A stretch of 64,000 nt of DNA from Escherichia phage fDHCT2, in sequence record OR427838.1; one strand, given 5' to 3'. The position numbers and the translations under genes were made by a program. The notes below the pieces were generated by a model. The model ran no database searches, was not told the DNA's origin, and was given only the letters and a program-made list of their open reading frames with translations. Positions 53,474 to 62,585 of this stretch are shown piece after piece. Numbering within the stretch: the stretch's first letter is position 1; each line of letters opens with the position of its first letter.

Positions 53474-53932
53474 TTAAAGATAGATTACTTTCGTGCTGGT
53501 TTTACCTTCTAAACGTTTAGAGTTAACAAATGCCATACGACATTTTAATGAATATCCTTTATCAGGATGTTTACGATCTACGGTCATACCTAGCCATAAG
53601 GTTTTATCGGTAATTTCGAGACGCAATGGACGATACACTTTACCAGGGACAATTTCGGATTCTACATCAGGCAGAGGTTCCTGGATTAAGAATTCATGGA
53701 TTTCTTTAACATGGTTATGGAGTTGCTTGAATAAAGCAAAAACGTATTTTTCGTCGATTTCACGTTGGATAGCACGGTCCAACAAGTGATTAGAGTACTT
53801 AATAAAGAAAGCTGGGACACCGCTCTTGATGGCGGCTTTTTTGATGGACGCGTTAAGTTCACGAAATTCGGTTTCGAACTGACGACGTAATTTGTTGCGG
53901 CGGATGAATACTTCTGAATTAATTTCTGACAT
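53474..53932 (-). CDS. regB: endoribonuclease RegB
   Basis: start at MSEINSEVFIRRNKLRR (53932, RBS AGGAGA); collinear with remembered T4 RegB. Confidence 0.9.
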   Translation of the reverse strand: MSEINSEVFIRRNKLRRQFETEFRELNASIKKAAIKSGVPAFFIKYSNHLLDRAIQREIDEKYVFALFKQLHNHVKEIHEFLIQEPLPDVESEIVPGKVYRPLRLEITDKTLWLGMTVDRKHPDKGYSLKCRMAFVNSKRLEGKTSTKVIYL

Positions 53933-53960
53933 TTTGTAATCTCCTGTAGTTGATAGGTTT

Positions 53961-53989
53961 ATAGTATCATGTCTACAGGAGATGTAAAC
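53961..53989 (-). promoter_or_regulatory. T4-type early promoter (regB) with RBS-sequestering repeat
   Basis: minus GTTTAC (53984-53989), 17 nt, TGATACTAT, AAACCTATCAAC; perfect 11-bp repeat ATCTCCTGTAG (53939-53949) / CTACAGGAGAT (53973-53983). Confidence 0.7.
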
Positions 53990-53993
53990 AGCT

Positions 53994-54272
53994 TTAGTAC
54001 TTTTCTTCCGGTTGGAACACGGAACGACAAGCCCACATACTAGCTTCTTTAAGACGGTCAATTGCATTACGAATCTGGGTAATGCGTTCATGAGCCTGGT
54101 CTAGTTCTTGTTCAGAAACCTCTTCGGTATCTAAGTTCATATAATAGGTAACATGTTCTTCTTCTAGAGCTTTAAACATCAGCCCTAACCGAACTTCAGC
54201 ATCTTTAATGGCATTCACTTTACCGATTTTATCGTCGGTATGTGGCTTGTAACCTTTGATATCTTCAATCAT
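53994..54272 (-). CDS. hypothetical protein
   Basis: 92-aa ORF. Confidence 0.5.
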   Translation of the reverse strand: MIEDIKGYKPHTDDKIGKVNAIKDAEVRLGLMFKALEEEHVTYYMNLDTEEVSEQELDQAHERITQIRNAIDRLKEASMWACRSVFQPEEKY

Positions 54273-54487
54273 TTCACTTCCTCATCAGATGCAATATCAT
54301 ATTCTACAAAACGAAGGCCATCGTATCCACCACTAACAGAGATATACGTAGTCGGGTAAACAATTTCTTTACCATTCCATTGGCCGCCGTCCCAACATTC
54401 CAAAAAGCCTTGTTCGCCTTGTTCGTGGAACCAATCAACAAACATCTTCAGAGCTTCATCAGAGCCTTCAATTGCCAATTTAGACAT
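54269..54487 (-). CDS. hypothetical small protein
   Basis: 72-aa ORF. Confidence 0.45.
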   Translation of the reverse strand: MSKLAIEGSDEALKMFVDWFHEQGEQGFLECWDGGQWNGKEIVYPTTYISVSGGYDGLRFVEYDIASDEEVK

Positions 54488-54776
54488 ATTTCTTCCAGCC
54501 AGAAATCATATGAATCTCTTGGTCGTATGTCAAGAGACTACGAGTTATAATACCCTTACAAGGCCCTGAGATGAACTCGAGAGTGAAGTAAGGAACCTGT
54601 TTCATTAATCGGATACTAGGAGCATGACATCTAAAACGAGAGCCCTTAAAGGGCCCTGACATGAATACATATTCTAATGGATAGAAATAAGCATATTCGA
54701 AATTTGCAGTAAGGTCCTCTCTTCGAACCTTACGTGAGAAATAACAGAACTCAAAAAGTTCTTCATCAGTCATCAT
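54480..54776 (-). CDS. hypothetical protein
   Basis: 98-aa ORF. Confidence 0.5.
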   Translation of the reverse strand: MMTDEELFEFCYFSRKVRREDLTANFEYAYFYPLEYVFMSGPFKGSRFRCHAPSIRLMKQVPYFTLEFISGPCKGIITRSLLTYDQEIHMISGWKKYV

Positions 54777-55300
54777 TGCATTCCTATCACAAAGAACAGC
54801 GGCAGAGGTTTAGAACCCTGGCACATAAATTTGTTAATCATTACCTGGTAAGCTTCATAGAACTTATCCATCGATGGAAGGCGCATTGGCTCTTCGATAA
54901 TAATCAATAATCGAGTAACTGATAGACCACGATACTTATGGAAGTTATCTTCGTCTAAAAATGATCGCACGGTATCATATACAATAAACCCAGGACCTTC
55001 TACTTGAAGATGTGGATGAGCCTTAGAAACCCTTTTTATTACATTACAGATTTCGCGTGACCGGTGCGAAGAACTCGACATAACAATCACATCATTACCC
55101 TTGGAAACCCAATCAGCTGCGAACTGGGCAAGGGCACTTGTTTTACCTGTTTGGCGCCCGCCGTCAAGTCGAAGAGTACCAAACTCTTGCATTCTTGAAG
55201 TAGGTTCGTACCAGGTGTATTGGTTTGAGTCTAAACGTTCAATGGCGCGTTCAGCGAAGGCGTGCATTAAGGTTAGATAAATGGGAGTTAAAAATTTCAT
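54773..55300 (-). CDS. hypothetical protein with P-loop-like motif
   Basis: 175 aa; GGRQTGKTS. Confidence 0.55.
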   Translation of the reverse strand: MKFLTPIYLTLMHAFAERAIERLDSNQYTWYEPTSRMQEFGTLRLDGGRQTGKTSALAQFAADWVSKGNDVIVMSSSSHRSREICNVIKRVSKAHPHLQVEGPGFIVYDTVRSFLDEDNFHKYRGLSVTRLLIIIEEPMRLPSMDKFYEAYQVMINKFMCQGSKPLPLFFVIGMQ

Positions 55301-55460
55301 AGTGGTCTCTTAGTTGTGGGGCCATTCCTTGGCACATAATTCATCCATGTATCCGTATGTAAACCCTTTACCGCACTTGGGCTCGACCTTATTACAGGTA
55401 GGGAAAGGTCCATCACTCAGAGGACGCGACGTTCATGAGGAGAGGGCCGGCTTGCCTTTA

Positions 55461-55760
55461 TTAGAAAGAACCAGAACCTCTAATTGTGTTCTGGCGACCT
55501 TTATTTTCCAATTCGGAATGGTCGATTTCGTAGGCTTGTGCTACACCAAAAGCCTTTTTAACTTTAGCTAAAGAGCCTTTAGATGTAACAATATTAAAAG
55601 TATTACCTTTGGTAAAATCAACCAAATCCACTTGTACACCTTGTTTACCGAGGCTTGCTACAATAGCATCAACATATTCTTGGTCTAAGGTGCCTTGGAC
55701 GCCTATTTGGAATGCTTTAGGAGCTTTGGCTTCTGTAATAAATTCTTGATAAGTTTTCAT
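55461..55760 (-). CDS. internal protein with capsid-targeting N-terminus
   Basis: 99 aa; N-terminal MKTYQEFITEA shared with the two IP genes below. Confidence 0.6.
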   Translation of the reverse strand: MKTYQEFITEAKAPKAFQIGVQGTLDQEYVDAIVASLGKQGVQVDLVDFTKGNTFNIVTSKGSLAKVKKAFGVAQAYEIDHSELENKGRQNTIRGSGSF

Positions 55761-55784
55761 ATTATTCCTTAAGTTGATAGAAGT

Positions 55785-55814
55785 ATTCTACCACGGATTT
55801 AATTAAGCGTAAAT
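55785..55814 (-). promoter_or_regulatory. T4-type early promoter
   Basis: minus ATTTAC (55809-55814), 18 nt, TAGAAT, ACTTCTATCAAC. Confidence 0.55.
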
Positions 55815-56219
55815 AGCCTTGCCATAGTGTTTGTACCAGGTAGGACGTTGTGCAATTTTTTCATCCAAACGGGCTTGTGAAATAGCGATAGAAGCTTCGT
55901 GAGGAACATAATCACCACGGAATTCCTGAGGAATATCACTAATGTCCTGGACTGTAGTATCCTTGATATTAAAGCCACGTTTTAAACATTCGGTTATAAG
56001 CTCGATTTGACGCTTACGTAAAAATTCAAGCTTATCGTAAAAGAATGTAACATGGCCTGTACCAAGGATAAAAGTAGGGCTGATTTTAAAATCACGAACG
56101 CGTTTACCGTTAGCAACATGCTTACGAACTGCACCGAAAACACGTGGTAATTCACGATATTCAGCCATTAAGTGTTGGTCAGCCAATTCAGATACTAAGG
56201 TAAGGTTGATACGAGTCAT
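55803..56219 (-). CDS. denV: endonuclease V (pyrimidine dimer glycosylase) DenV
   Basis: 138 aa; [34 protein letters not shown]... near-identical to remembered T4 DenV. Confidence 0.97.
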   Translation of the reverse strand: MTRINLTLVSELADQHLMAEYRELPRVFGAVRKHVANGKRVRDFKISPTFILGTGHVTFFYDKLEFLRKRQIELITECLKRGFNIKDTTVQDISDIPQEFRGDYVPHEASIAISQARLDEKIAQRPTWYKHYGKAIYA

Positions 56220-56248
56220 TTTAGTGTTCTCCGTGTTTGTATGAGAAC

Positions 56249-56277
56249 ACTATATCACAGCTATCGTAAAAGTAAAC
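56249..56277 (-). promoter_or_regulatory. T4-type early promoter (denV)
   Basis: minus GTTTAC (56272-56277), 17 nt, TGATATAGT; GTTCTC/GAGAAC repeat covers SD GGAGAAC. Confidence 0.6.
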
Positions 56278-56279
56278 TA

Positions 56280-56582
56280 TTATTTACCTTTAATTGCTTT
56301 AGCTGCTTCGGTAGCCGCTTGCTGAAGGTCATCCATAGTCATGCCGAACTTAGAAGCAAAGTTATCAATTTTCTTTTCGACAGAATTCAAAGGCTTGGCC
56401 TGTTTACCTTCATTAGCGCCAGGAAGAGCGAGAATACGCTCTTTGTCAATATAAAGGCTTACAAGTTTCTTACGGTCTTTATCGGACAAATCATGAAATG
56501 AATGAGCCTTTTTATTTATAGCGGCTTCTAATTTACCCGCAGTTACGCGGGCTTCAGTGATAAATTCTTGATAGGTTTTCAT
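56280..56582 (-). CDS. internal protein (IPII-like) with capsid-targeting N-terminus
   Basis: 100 aa; MKTYQEFITEARV...; T4 ipII position. Confidence 0.7.
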   Translation of the reverse strand: MKTYQEFITEARVTAGKLEAAINKKAHSFHDLSDKDRKKLVSLYIDKERILALPGANEGKQAKPLNSVEKKIDNFASKFGMTMDDLQQAATEAAKAIKGK

Positions 56583-56623
56583 ATGTTTCCTTTAAATGTA
56601 AATAGGCCTAAGTATCGGCCTTA

Positions 56624-57220
56624 TTAATTACCACGGGCTGCATTAGCAACGGCGTAAGCGTACTGAATATTAGCGTCTTTAAACGTACCTTTAGAGGTAT
56701 CTATTTCTGCCTTAAAGCCGCCTTTAGCCATAACATCGGCAAATTCTTTACGGAAAGCCATTGCATCAAGACCTTTCCATGATGATTTGTGCTTGGCAAA
56801 TTCAAGACCAGCGAAGTTGACAGCCTTAGCCAATTTATTATCAATAGTCCATTTACCTGCTTTAGGTACAACTACCGGGCCTTTTTGTTTAGAGAACAGT
56901 TTTAAATTCCAGCGACGAAGGTCGCCGTCAGCTTTAACAAAAGCTGCGTCCAAGTTACTAGCAACAACATCCTGAATATGGCCAAATTTAAGCCCATCAG
57001 CTTCAATATTTAGGTCGTTACGCCAGCGAAGTCCTTCCCAGGCGAAAGCTTTAAAGTCAGAAGCTTTTGTAGCTAAATACCGTTCAATAGGAGCTGTTTT
57101 AGCGTCAAAACCATTTCCTGGGTTGTCAACGCCGTTTCCTCGGTAGGTCCACTCATCTTTATTAATGCCTTGGACCTTTCCTACAGAAGCTTCGGCGATA
57201 AATTCTTTATACGTTTTCAT
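56624..57220 (-). CDS. ipIII: internal protein IPIII-like
   Basis: 198 aa; MKTYKEFIAEA...; size and position match T4 IPIII. Confidence 0.75.
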   Translation of the reverse strand: MKTYKEFIAEASVGKVQGINKDEWTYRGNGVDNPGNGFDAKTAPIERYLATKASDFKAFAWEGLRWRNDLNIEADGLKFGHIQDVVASNLDAAFVKADGDLRRWNLKLFSKQKGPVVVPKAGKWTIDNKLAKAVNFAGLEFAKHKSSWKGLDAMAFRKEFADVMAKGGFKAEIDTSKGTFKDANIQYAYAVANAARGN

Positions 57221-57273
57221 ACGGGTTCCTTAAAGGTAAATATTTTAATTAGTCTGTTCAAGTAACTGTATAT

Positions 57274-57302
57274 ATACTATCACAATTCTAGGAGATGTAA
57301 AC
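57274..57302 (-). promoter_or_regulatory. T4-type early promoter (IPIII)
   Basis: minus GTTTAC (57297-57302), 17 nt, TGATAGTAT. Confidence 0.6.
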
Positions 57303-57306
57303 TGCT

Positions 57307-57795
57307 TTATCTATAAGCAGCCCAAGTACCTGTTTTAAATGTTGAAATCACGCGCTTAGCACGATTAGGAGTTTGTTTATACCAACGGGATTGAGCCAGG
57401 TTAACTGCGGCATCATCCCAACGTTTCTGTTGGAGCATACGCAGAGAGTTGGTAAATCCTGCTACACCAGCTTCGCCCATTTGGAAGACCATGTTAATTA
57501 AAGCACAACGACGAACTTCGTCCAGCACATCATAAACAGGTTTCAATTTAGGATTACGCAGAATAGCTCTACGAGCATTATCAACCGACCGGTTAAAGAG
57601 TTGTTCTGCTTCAGCCATAGTAATACGACCATTACAAACTCGACCCATAAGCTTATCAAGTTCAGCGCGGGCAACATCTTTAGATGGGTTCTTGGTAACT
57701 AACTGGCCAATACCAATAGTCCAATAACCTTCAGTGTCTTTATAAAGATTTAAATCAAGACCTTCGTCTTGACGTAACATATCAAAAATATCCAT
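57307..57795 (-). CDS. e: lysozyme (endolysin) e
   Basis: 162 aa; ...DEGL(D/R)[13 protein letters not shown]...; catalytic Glu/Asp/Thr context conserved with remembered T4 lysozyme. Confidence 0.97.
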   Translation of the reverse strand: MDIFDMLRQDEGLDLNLYKDTEGYWTIGIGQLVTKNPSKDVARAELDKLMGRVCNGRITMAEAEQLFNRSVDNARRAILRNPKLKPVYDVLDEVRRCALINMVFQMGEAGVAGFTNSLRMLQQKRWDDAAVNLAQSRWYKQTPNRAKRVISTFKTGTWAAYR

Positions 57796-57797
57796 AA

Positions 57798-57825
57798 TAC
57801 CTCCTGAGTATAGGAGGTATTTATA
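57798..57825 (-). promoter_or_regulatory. late promoter TATAAATA plus RBS-sequestering hairpin of gene e
   Basis: minus TATAAATA (57818-57825); repeat TACCTCCT/AGGAGGTA (57798-57819) pairs SD in transcripts from upstream. Confidence 0.7.
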
Positions 57826-58275
57826 TCAAAAGAGCGAATCTAAAACCTTAAACATCGACGGGCCCATGACATATTTCCATTGTGGACGTTTAATCAAGGC
57901 AAAAGCATCGAATTCAGGAATCGTACGACCATCAGGGAACGTATGGTAAGCTGTACATTTGCAATCCTTGAACTGCTCGTGTTCGACAGGCACAGTATAT
58001 AAGAACAGGTGTAGATTCTTATTGCTAGAATATTTGAACTCACCTAGGTCTTTCAGGAATGCAGGATCGTATGCCGTGAATCCAATCTCTTCTTCGGTTT
58101 CACGCATTGCGGCTTGAATAGGCTCTTCGCCTGGTTCTACATGACCTTTAGGAATGTCCCATTTATGACGCATGTTCTCTGGATTACGAGAGCCTGTTAC
58201 ACGACCCATAACTAGTTCTTTATCAACGGTCATGAACAAAATACCGGCAGATAGTTCTTTCACTTTCTTACTCAT
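57826..58275 (-). CDS. nudE: Nudix hydrolase NudE
   Basis: start at MSKKVKELSAG (58275); Nudix box GHVEPGEEPIQAAMRETEEEIG. Confidence 0.85.
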   Translation of the reverse strand: MSKKVKELSAGILFMTVDKELVMGRVTGSRNPENMRHKWDIPKGHVEPGEEPIQAAMRETEEEIGFTAYDPAFLKDLGEFKYSSNKNLHLFLYTVPVEHEQFKDCKCTAYHTFPDGRTIPEFDAFALIKRPQWKYVMGPSMFKVLDSLF

Positions 58276-58504
58276 CGTCTCGTTTCCATGATTGGTTAAA
58301 AATATCTTGCATAATAATTTGAAGTCTATTTTCTGATGATGGACTTTCACTATCAGACACTTGAAGCATATAGTCACCAATAGGACAGAACATATCCATA
58401 TCGCTTTCTAAGTCTTCTTTAATTTTCTCTTCTGATGTTCCGGTGTCATAGGAATACAGATAAGAATCACATGACTCAGATTTAATATAAATTGCAATAC
58501 TCAT
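58268..58504 (-). CDS. hypothetical small protein
   Basis: 78-aa ORF. Confidence 0.45.
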   Translation of the reverse strand: MSIAIYIKSESCDSYLYSYDTGTSEEKIKEDLESDMDMFCPIGDYMLQVSDSESPSSENRLQIIMQDIFNQSWKRDDE

Positions 58505-59094
58505 TTACGGCATTCCTTAATAAACTCATTTAAATTATGTTTGTTTTTACCTTCGTCGTAAAGACGTTGTTGACGACGTAAACGCCATGGCATTTCAATA
58601 GCCAAGCACCAAATACTTAAAGCAGCGCCAGCTGTGAAAAGATTCATTAATCCGGCGCCAATAATAGTTCGTTCTAGCGCATCATTCCAGTTAGCATCGA
58701 TTAAAAATGAACTCAACACTAACATTGGAAGTAAAGTAATAAAATACGCTACAACATATCGTCCGAACGTAAGCCATTCAGTATCGATGAGCTTAGCCTT
58801 TCCATCTTGGAGACAAATATACTTATCGTCAGTGCGGGTGATTTTCTTTACCGGTTGCCAACCATTTACGATATAACCCATTCTGAACTCCTCAATTAAA
58901 AGCTGTTTCATTTCGGCAGTACAACCTGACCAATCTATTGTACTGGCTGAAATTCCTTCATCACCGTCATCGATATTTCGCCAGGACTTTTTAATAATCA
59001 TAGTCTCACCACTTGGGATAATAATTCCGGCATTTTCCGACCGACGGATGAAGTTTGTATCAATACCCATACAACCAGGTTCATAAAGGGCCAT
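58501..59094 (-). CDS. membrane protein
   Basis: 197 aa; TM segments. Confidence 0.5.
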   Translation of the reverse strand: MALYEPGCMGIDTNFIRRSENAGIIIPSGETMIIKKSWRNIDDGDEGISASTIDWSGCTAEMKQLLIEEFRMGYIVNGWQPVKKITRTDDKYICLQDGKAKLIDTEWLTFGRYVVAYFITLLPMLVLSSFLIDANWNDALERTIIGAGLMNLFTAGAALSIWCLAIEMPWRLRRQQRLYDEGKNKHNLNEFIKECRK

Positions 59095-59780
59095 TACCAG
59101 CCCTCCATAGGAAATTCCAGATATACTTGAGCATTAACGCGGATTTCATTTGTAATCTTTTTAACACGGTCGGTATTACGAGACACACGACCAAACCAGC
59201 GCCACCCGTTACTTACTGCACGAGAACCTGTATGCCATGTTTGCCAATCAAACTGGAGTAACGTGCGGTCAGGAGCATCCCACTTGGTTAATTCATTGGA
59301 CTCAATTTTTTCCAGAACTTCTTTATGCCACTGGCGATAGATAAGTTCGCCTTCAGGAATCTGACTGAACTGTGCAGTTCCGGTTGCAAAATGAGTAGGA
59401 CACACATCAGCATTAACAAGACCAAGAATATGTTCAGAATGGTATCGAGGATTATCATAATCAGGTTGCCCTGCGGTAATAAAGTGTTGACCCACCGGAA
59501 TATCTGGACGTGGTACATCATCATGGTGGAAGCCTGGAATTGCAGGGTACCAGCCGGGCATTAACATGTGTACACGGGAATCAAATACGCATTCAACGGC
59601 TTTCCACTCATCAGGGAGATTAGTAATAAAGCTACGAGTAATAGGACCACCATTTTGTGCAGCAAAATTCAAATCACAGTTAAAGAACATAGGCTCGTTT
59701 TTAATATCATCATTAGAAATATGACCTGCAAAACCACCTACTGCACGAGCTTTAGAATTAAAAGTTTTTGGACCGTTCAT
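59094..59780 (-). CDS. hypothetical protein
   Basis: 228-aa ORF. Confidence 0.55.
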   Translation of the reverse strand: MNGPKTFNSKARAVGGFAGHISNDDIKNEPMFFNCDLNFAAQNGGPITRSFITNLPDEWKAVECVFDSRVHMLMPGWYPAIPGFHHDDVPRPDIPVGQHFITAGQPDYDNPRYHSEHILGLVNADVCPTHFATGTAQFSQIPEGELIYRQWHKEVLEKIESNELTKWDAPDRTLLQFDWQTWHTGSRAVSNGWRWFGRVSRNTDRVKKITNEIRVNAQVYLEFPMEGW

Positions 59781-59794
59781 AATATTTTCCTCAC

Positions 59795-60007
59795 TTACTT
59801 TTTATTGAAAAAGTACATTTTACCTTTAGGAGATAAGGATACACGAAGGGCGTTACCAATACCAACTGAACATTTAACCAGGTCAGCAGATTTCAATTCA
59901 CCAAATGCTTGACGAAGGTCTCCATCACGAGTGTTAACCATCAGGCATTTAGCACCAGCTGCACGAACTTCGTTTAACATGTTGATTGCTTGGTTAGAAA
60001 GTTTCAT
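59795..60007 (-). CDS. hypothetical small protein
   Basis: track ORF trimmed to ATG 60007 (RBS GGAG), downstream of promoter 60045-60073. Confidence 0.45.
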   Translation of the reverse strand: MKLSNQAINMLNEVRAAGAKCLMVNTRDGDLRQAFGELKSADLVKCSVGIGNALRVSLSPKGKMYFFNKK

Positions 60008-60044
60008 TTTATTCTCCATTTCACTCTGTTGTTTTGATAGGTCT

Positions 60045-60073
60045 ATAGTATCACACCTATAGACCTTGTACAC
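60045..60073 (-). promoter_or_regulatory. T4-type early promoter; -10 inside a 10-bp palindrome
   Basis: minus GTGTAC (60068-60073), 17 nt, TGATACTAT; AGGTCTATAG/CTATAGACCT (60039-60066). Confidence 0.55.
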
Positions 60074-60085
60074 TGTTTTGTGCAA

Positions 60086-61045
60086 TTATTTTTCGAAAGG
60101 ACGAATTAAATGATGGTTATCTTGGAAACGCTTGATGTAGTCGTTTTCACCTAAAGTCTTATACATATTCACTACAGCTTGGTAGTTTTCCCAGGCGTAC
60201 TCGCGGAACCAACCTGAAGTGATTGAGGTACACACTTTCTCAAGAGCCATATAAAAACTTAATGATGGTGAAATATTGAAGTCATTAGGAACCTGTGAAC
60301 GTTCTAGTGCCAGGACACAAGTTTCTTCATATACACCAGCCAGTTTAATAGCTTCAGGCAAAGCCTCGAACTTCTCACGAGAGGTCATGACTTCAGAACC
60401 TTCCTTCATATAAAAGGTATATGCAGGGCGTCCAGCCAATGCTACTGCTTCATGAATAGAGTCATGGTCCAGCGTATAAATGGTATCATTAAAGAACGAT
60501 GATTTGTTTACGTCCAATTTAGGGTGAGAATAGCTCAACGTTTCTTTTTGACGTTGCAACATAATTTCCCGGAGTTCTTCGTTCAGGGTGATACCTTTAT
60601 TACGAAGGTATTTGATGTGGGACATAGTTTTCAAGAAGAACGGATTATTCTTCAGGAAACGATGAGAGGTTTTGATAGCCAGACAGATATCAGGGGTTGC
60701 CCAATAGAAACCAGTAAGACGGTCCTTTTTAATATGATTTTCAGCATATTTCAGGAGACGATAACTTGAAGTGAAATCTTCGTCTTGAAGCTCGCCAGTA
60801 ATTTCTCGTACGTTAGTCAGAGCACGGACAATATAAGCTTCAAAATAGGTTTCTTTACCATTGTACATACATTTAAAGGCCTGGACATCAGGGTTATCCA
60901 CAGGAACATGAGCGCCGAACATCCGGGCTTTAAAGTGATTCCATGAGCCTTGGTCGGCAATGAAATCCCAATCAGAATTTTCGATATGCTTACTTTCAAT
61001 CAGACCAGCGTGGTGCAGTGCACGAGAACCAATAACTAGCATCAT
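60086..61045 (-). CDS. hypothetical protein
   Basis: 319-aa ORF; RBS GAGGAAAAT. Confidence 0.55.
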   Translation of the reverse strand: MMLVIGSRALHHAGLIESKHIENSDWDFIADQGSWNHFKARMFGAHVPVDNPDVQAFKCMYNGKETYFEAYIVRALTNVREITGELQDEDFTSSYRLLKYAENHIKKDRLTGFYWATPDICLAIKTSHRFLKNNPFFLKTMSHIKYLRNKGITLNEELREIMLQRQKETLSYSHPKLDVNKSSFFNDTIYTLDHDSIHEAVALAGRPAYTFYMKEGSEVMTSREKFEALPEAIKLAGVYEETCVLALERSQVPNDFNISPSLSFYMALEKVCTSITSGWFREYAWENYQAVVNMYKTLGENDYIKRFQDNHHLIRPFEK

Positions 61046-61058
61046 AATATTTTCCTCA

Positions 61059-61226
61059 TTAATAAAGACGAGTTACTTCATATTTACCCAGTTCAGATTT
61101 TTTTGCTTCAATACGCGTTGCGGCTAGATTAGCAGCCTCTAGTGAAGAAAATTGGACCACTTGGGAAGTATTCTGCCTTACGCCACCTTGTGGGTGAGTA
61201 ACAAAAACAATAAGAACATTATACAT
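61059..61226 (-). CDS. hypothetical small protein (55 aa, hand-called)
   Basis: MYNVLIVFVTHPQGGVRQNTSQVVQFSS...; RBS GAGGAAAA. Confidence 0.4.
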   Translation of the reverse strand: MYNVLIVFVTHPQGGVRQNTSQVVQFSSLEAANLAATRIEAKKSELGKYEVTRLY

Positions 61227-61247
61227 AATATTTTCCTCAGAGTAAAC

Positions 61248-61487
61248 TTAAATTTCAGCAACGTAATCGTTATGCAATTCCCACATATCATCAGAATTAT
61301 TCTTAATGATAGGAATTATCTCATTAGAGATTTCTTCTGCATAAGGGTCATTGATACAGTGGGCATCTTCAAAACGAACACCGTAATCAGACTTCTTATA
61401 GGCAAAGCCATAAATCTTTTTAAACTTGGCACGACTAATTCGTACCGGCTCATCAGACTTATCAGACAATGGAGAGTAATACCACAT
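61248..61487 (-). CDS. hypothetical small protein
   Basis: 79-aa ORF; RBS GAGGAG. Confidence 0.5.
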   Translation of the reverse strand: MWYYSPLSDKSDEPVRISRAKFKKIYGFAYKKSDYGVRFEDAHCINDPYAEEISNEIIPIIKNNSDDMWELHNDYVAEI

Positions 61488-61514
61488 ATGTTCTCCTCAT
61501 GTTTGTGTAGGGTA

Positions 61515-61544
61515 ATAGTAACACAAGTTTTTAGAGTTGTACAT
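61515..61544 (-). promoter_or_regulatory. T4-type early promoter
   Basis: minus ATGTAC (61539-61544), 18 nt, TACTAT (61515-61520). Confidence 0.5.
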
Positions 61545-61860
61545 CACTTCTGCAATATTCTAAAAATAATTTATCGTTGTCTACGGTATCCCAACGACGC
61601 CAAGATGGGTTCCAGACCAAAGCGTTGTCACCACAATCATTGAGCTTAAAATGGTCGTAGTACATAGCTATGCGTCTAGTCTCGTCACCGGAGAACCCTA
61701 GTATAGGCTCGCCGTGGGTATGATACATATGATGGTGCATTGAGAGGTCACATTTATAAAACATCTCACGTTTACCACGGACGAACAAGAAAGCTTGCCC
61801 ATTCATATAGAATTCTTTATCCGTTTTCAAAAGATATTTGAATACCGAATCTTTGTGCAT
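61531..61860 (-). CDS. hypothetical protein
   Basis: track ORF trimmed to ATG 61860 (RBS AGGAGG). Confidence 0.5.
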   Translation of the reverse strand: MHKDSVFKYLLKTDKEFYMNGQAFLFVRGKREMFYKCDLSMHHHMYHTHGEPILGFSGDETRRIAMYYDHFKLNDCGDNALVWNPSWRRWDTVDNDKLFLEYCRSDVQL

Positions 61861-61890
61861 AAGTCCTCCTACCACATCCATGTGATTAAA

Positions 61891-62118
61891 TTATTTTCCT
61901 AACGAAATACGGGTAGGTTTTTTACCAAAATAGTCTTCATAAGAACCATCTAAACGACCTGCTTTAGACCGACAATATGAATCGTACTTTTTGTAATAAG
62001 TCATCTCAGTATTATAACGCGGGTGTCTATCAGCCATAATAATACTTAATGGCCAACCTTTGGCATAATCGCGAAGACTGTTTATTTTACGAATGTATCT
62101 TTTCTTTAATTTTAGCAT
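61891..62118 (-). CDS. hypothetical small basic protein
   Basis: 75-aa ORF. Confidence 0.45.
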   Translation of the reverse strand: MLKLKKRYIRKINSLRDYAKGWPLSIIMADRHPRYNTEMTYYKKYDSYCRSKAGRLDGSYEDYFGKKPTRISLGK

Positions 62119-62336
62119 GAGCTCGGATACCAGATTTTACCATCAGAACGAGCAACGAAGGTTCTGCCGGCTTCTTCGCCGTAACAAGAGCTATTCAGCC
62201 AATCTTCAAGACGAACTTCACCATCATAATCATCAAGCTCAACACCAAAATCTTGTGCAGAAGCCATATCTTTTACTTTCTTATACAGCGCAGCCAGTTC
62301 AAGAGCAGCTTTTTCTAATTCATTAATATCAGACAT
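62112..62336 (-). CDS. tandem small-protein family member 5 (C-terminal ...WYPSSC)
   Basis: 74 aa; RBS AAGGAAA. Confidence 0.55.
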   Translation of the reverse strand: MSDINELEKAALELAALYKKVKDMASAQDFGVELDDYDGEVRLEDWLNSSCYGEEAGRTFVARSDGKIWYPSSC

Positions 62337-62345
62337 TTTATTTCC

Positions 62346-62576
62346 TTAGCAAGACATAGAGGAGTTAAACCAGAAACCCTGGCCATCATTGATACCGTAA
62401 TCACTGCGAATCCAGTCATATTCTTCGTATTCTTCGCTAGAAGCCGGAATATAACGCTGGAAACGGTCTGCGGCGTGTAAATTAAAAATTTCGCCGGTTT
62501 TATCGGCCAGCTGCTCACCTTCACAGATTAGTGCACGGATTTGGTCTTCGATTTCTTTAACAGTTTTAGAAGTCAT
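62346..62576 (-). CDS. tandem small-protein family member 4 (C-terminal ...WFNSSMSC)
   Basis: 76-aa ORF. Confidence 0.55.
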   Translation of the reverse strand: MTSKTVKEIEDQIRALICEGEQLADKTGEIFNLHAADRFQRYIPASSEEYEEYDWIRSDYGINDGQGFWFNSSMSC

Positions 62577-62585
62577 TTTATTACC

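Noticed and set aside
56605-56626. AGGCC-N8-GGCCT hairpin downstream of the IPIII-like gene as a terminator
   Set aside because: No clear U-tract follows on the minus strand, so the evidence is too weak to list as a feature.
55250-57830. tRNA genes near denV, ip and e, by analogy with T4
   Set aside because: No GTTCRA T-loop with flanking stems or cloverleaf found by eye; the T4 tRNA cluster lies further downstream of e and is probably outside this window.
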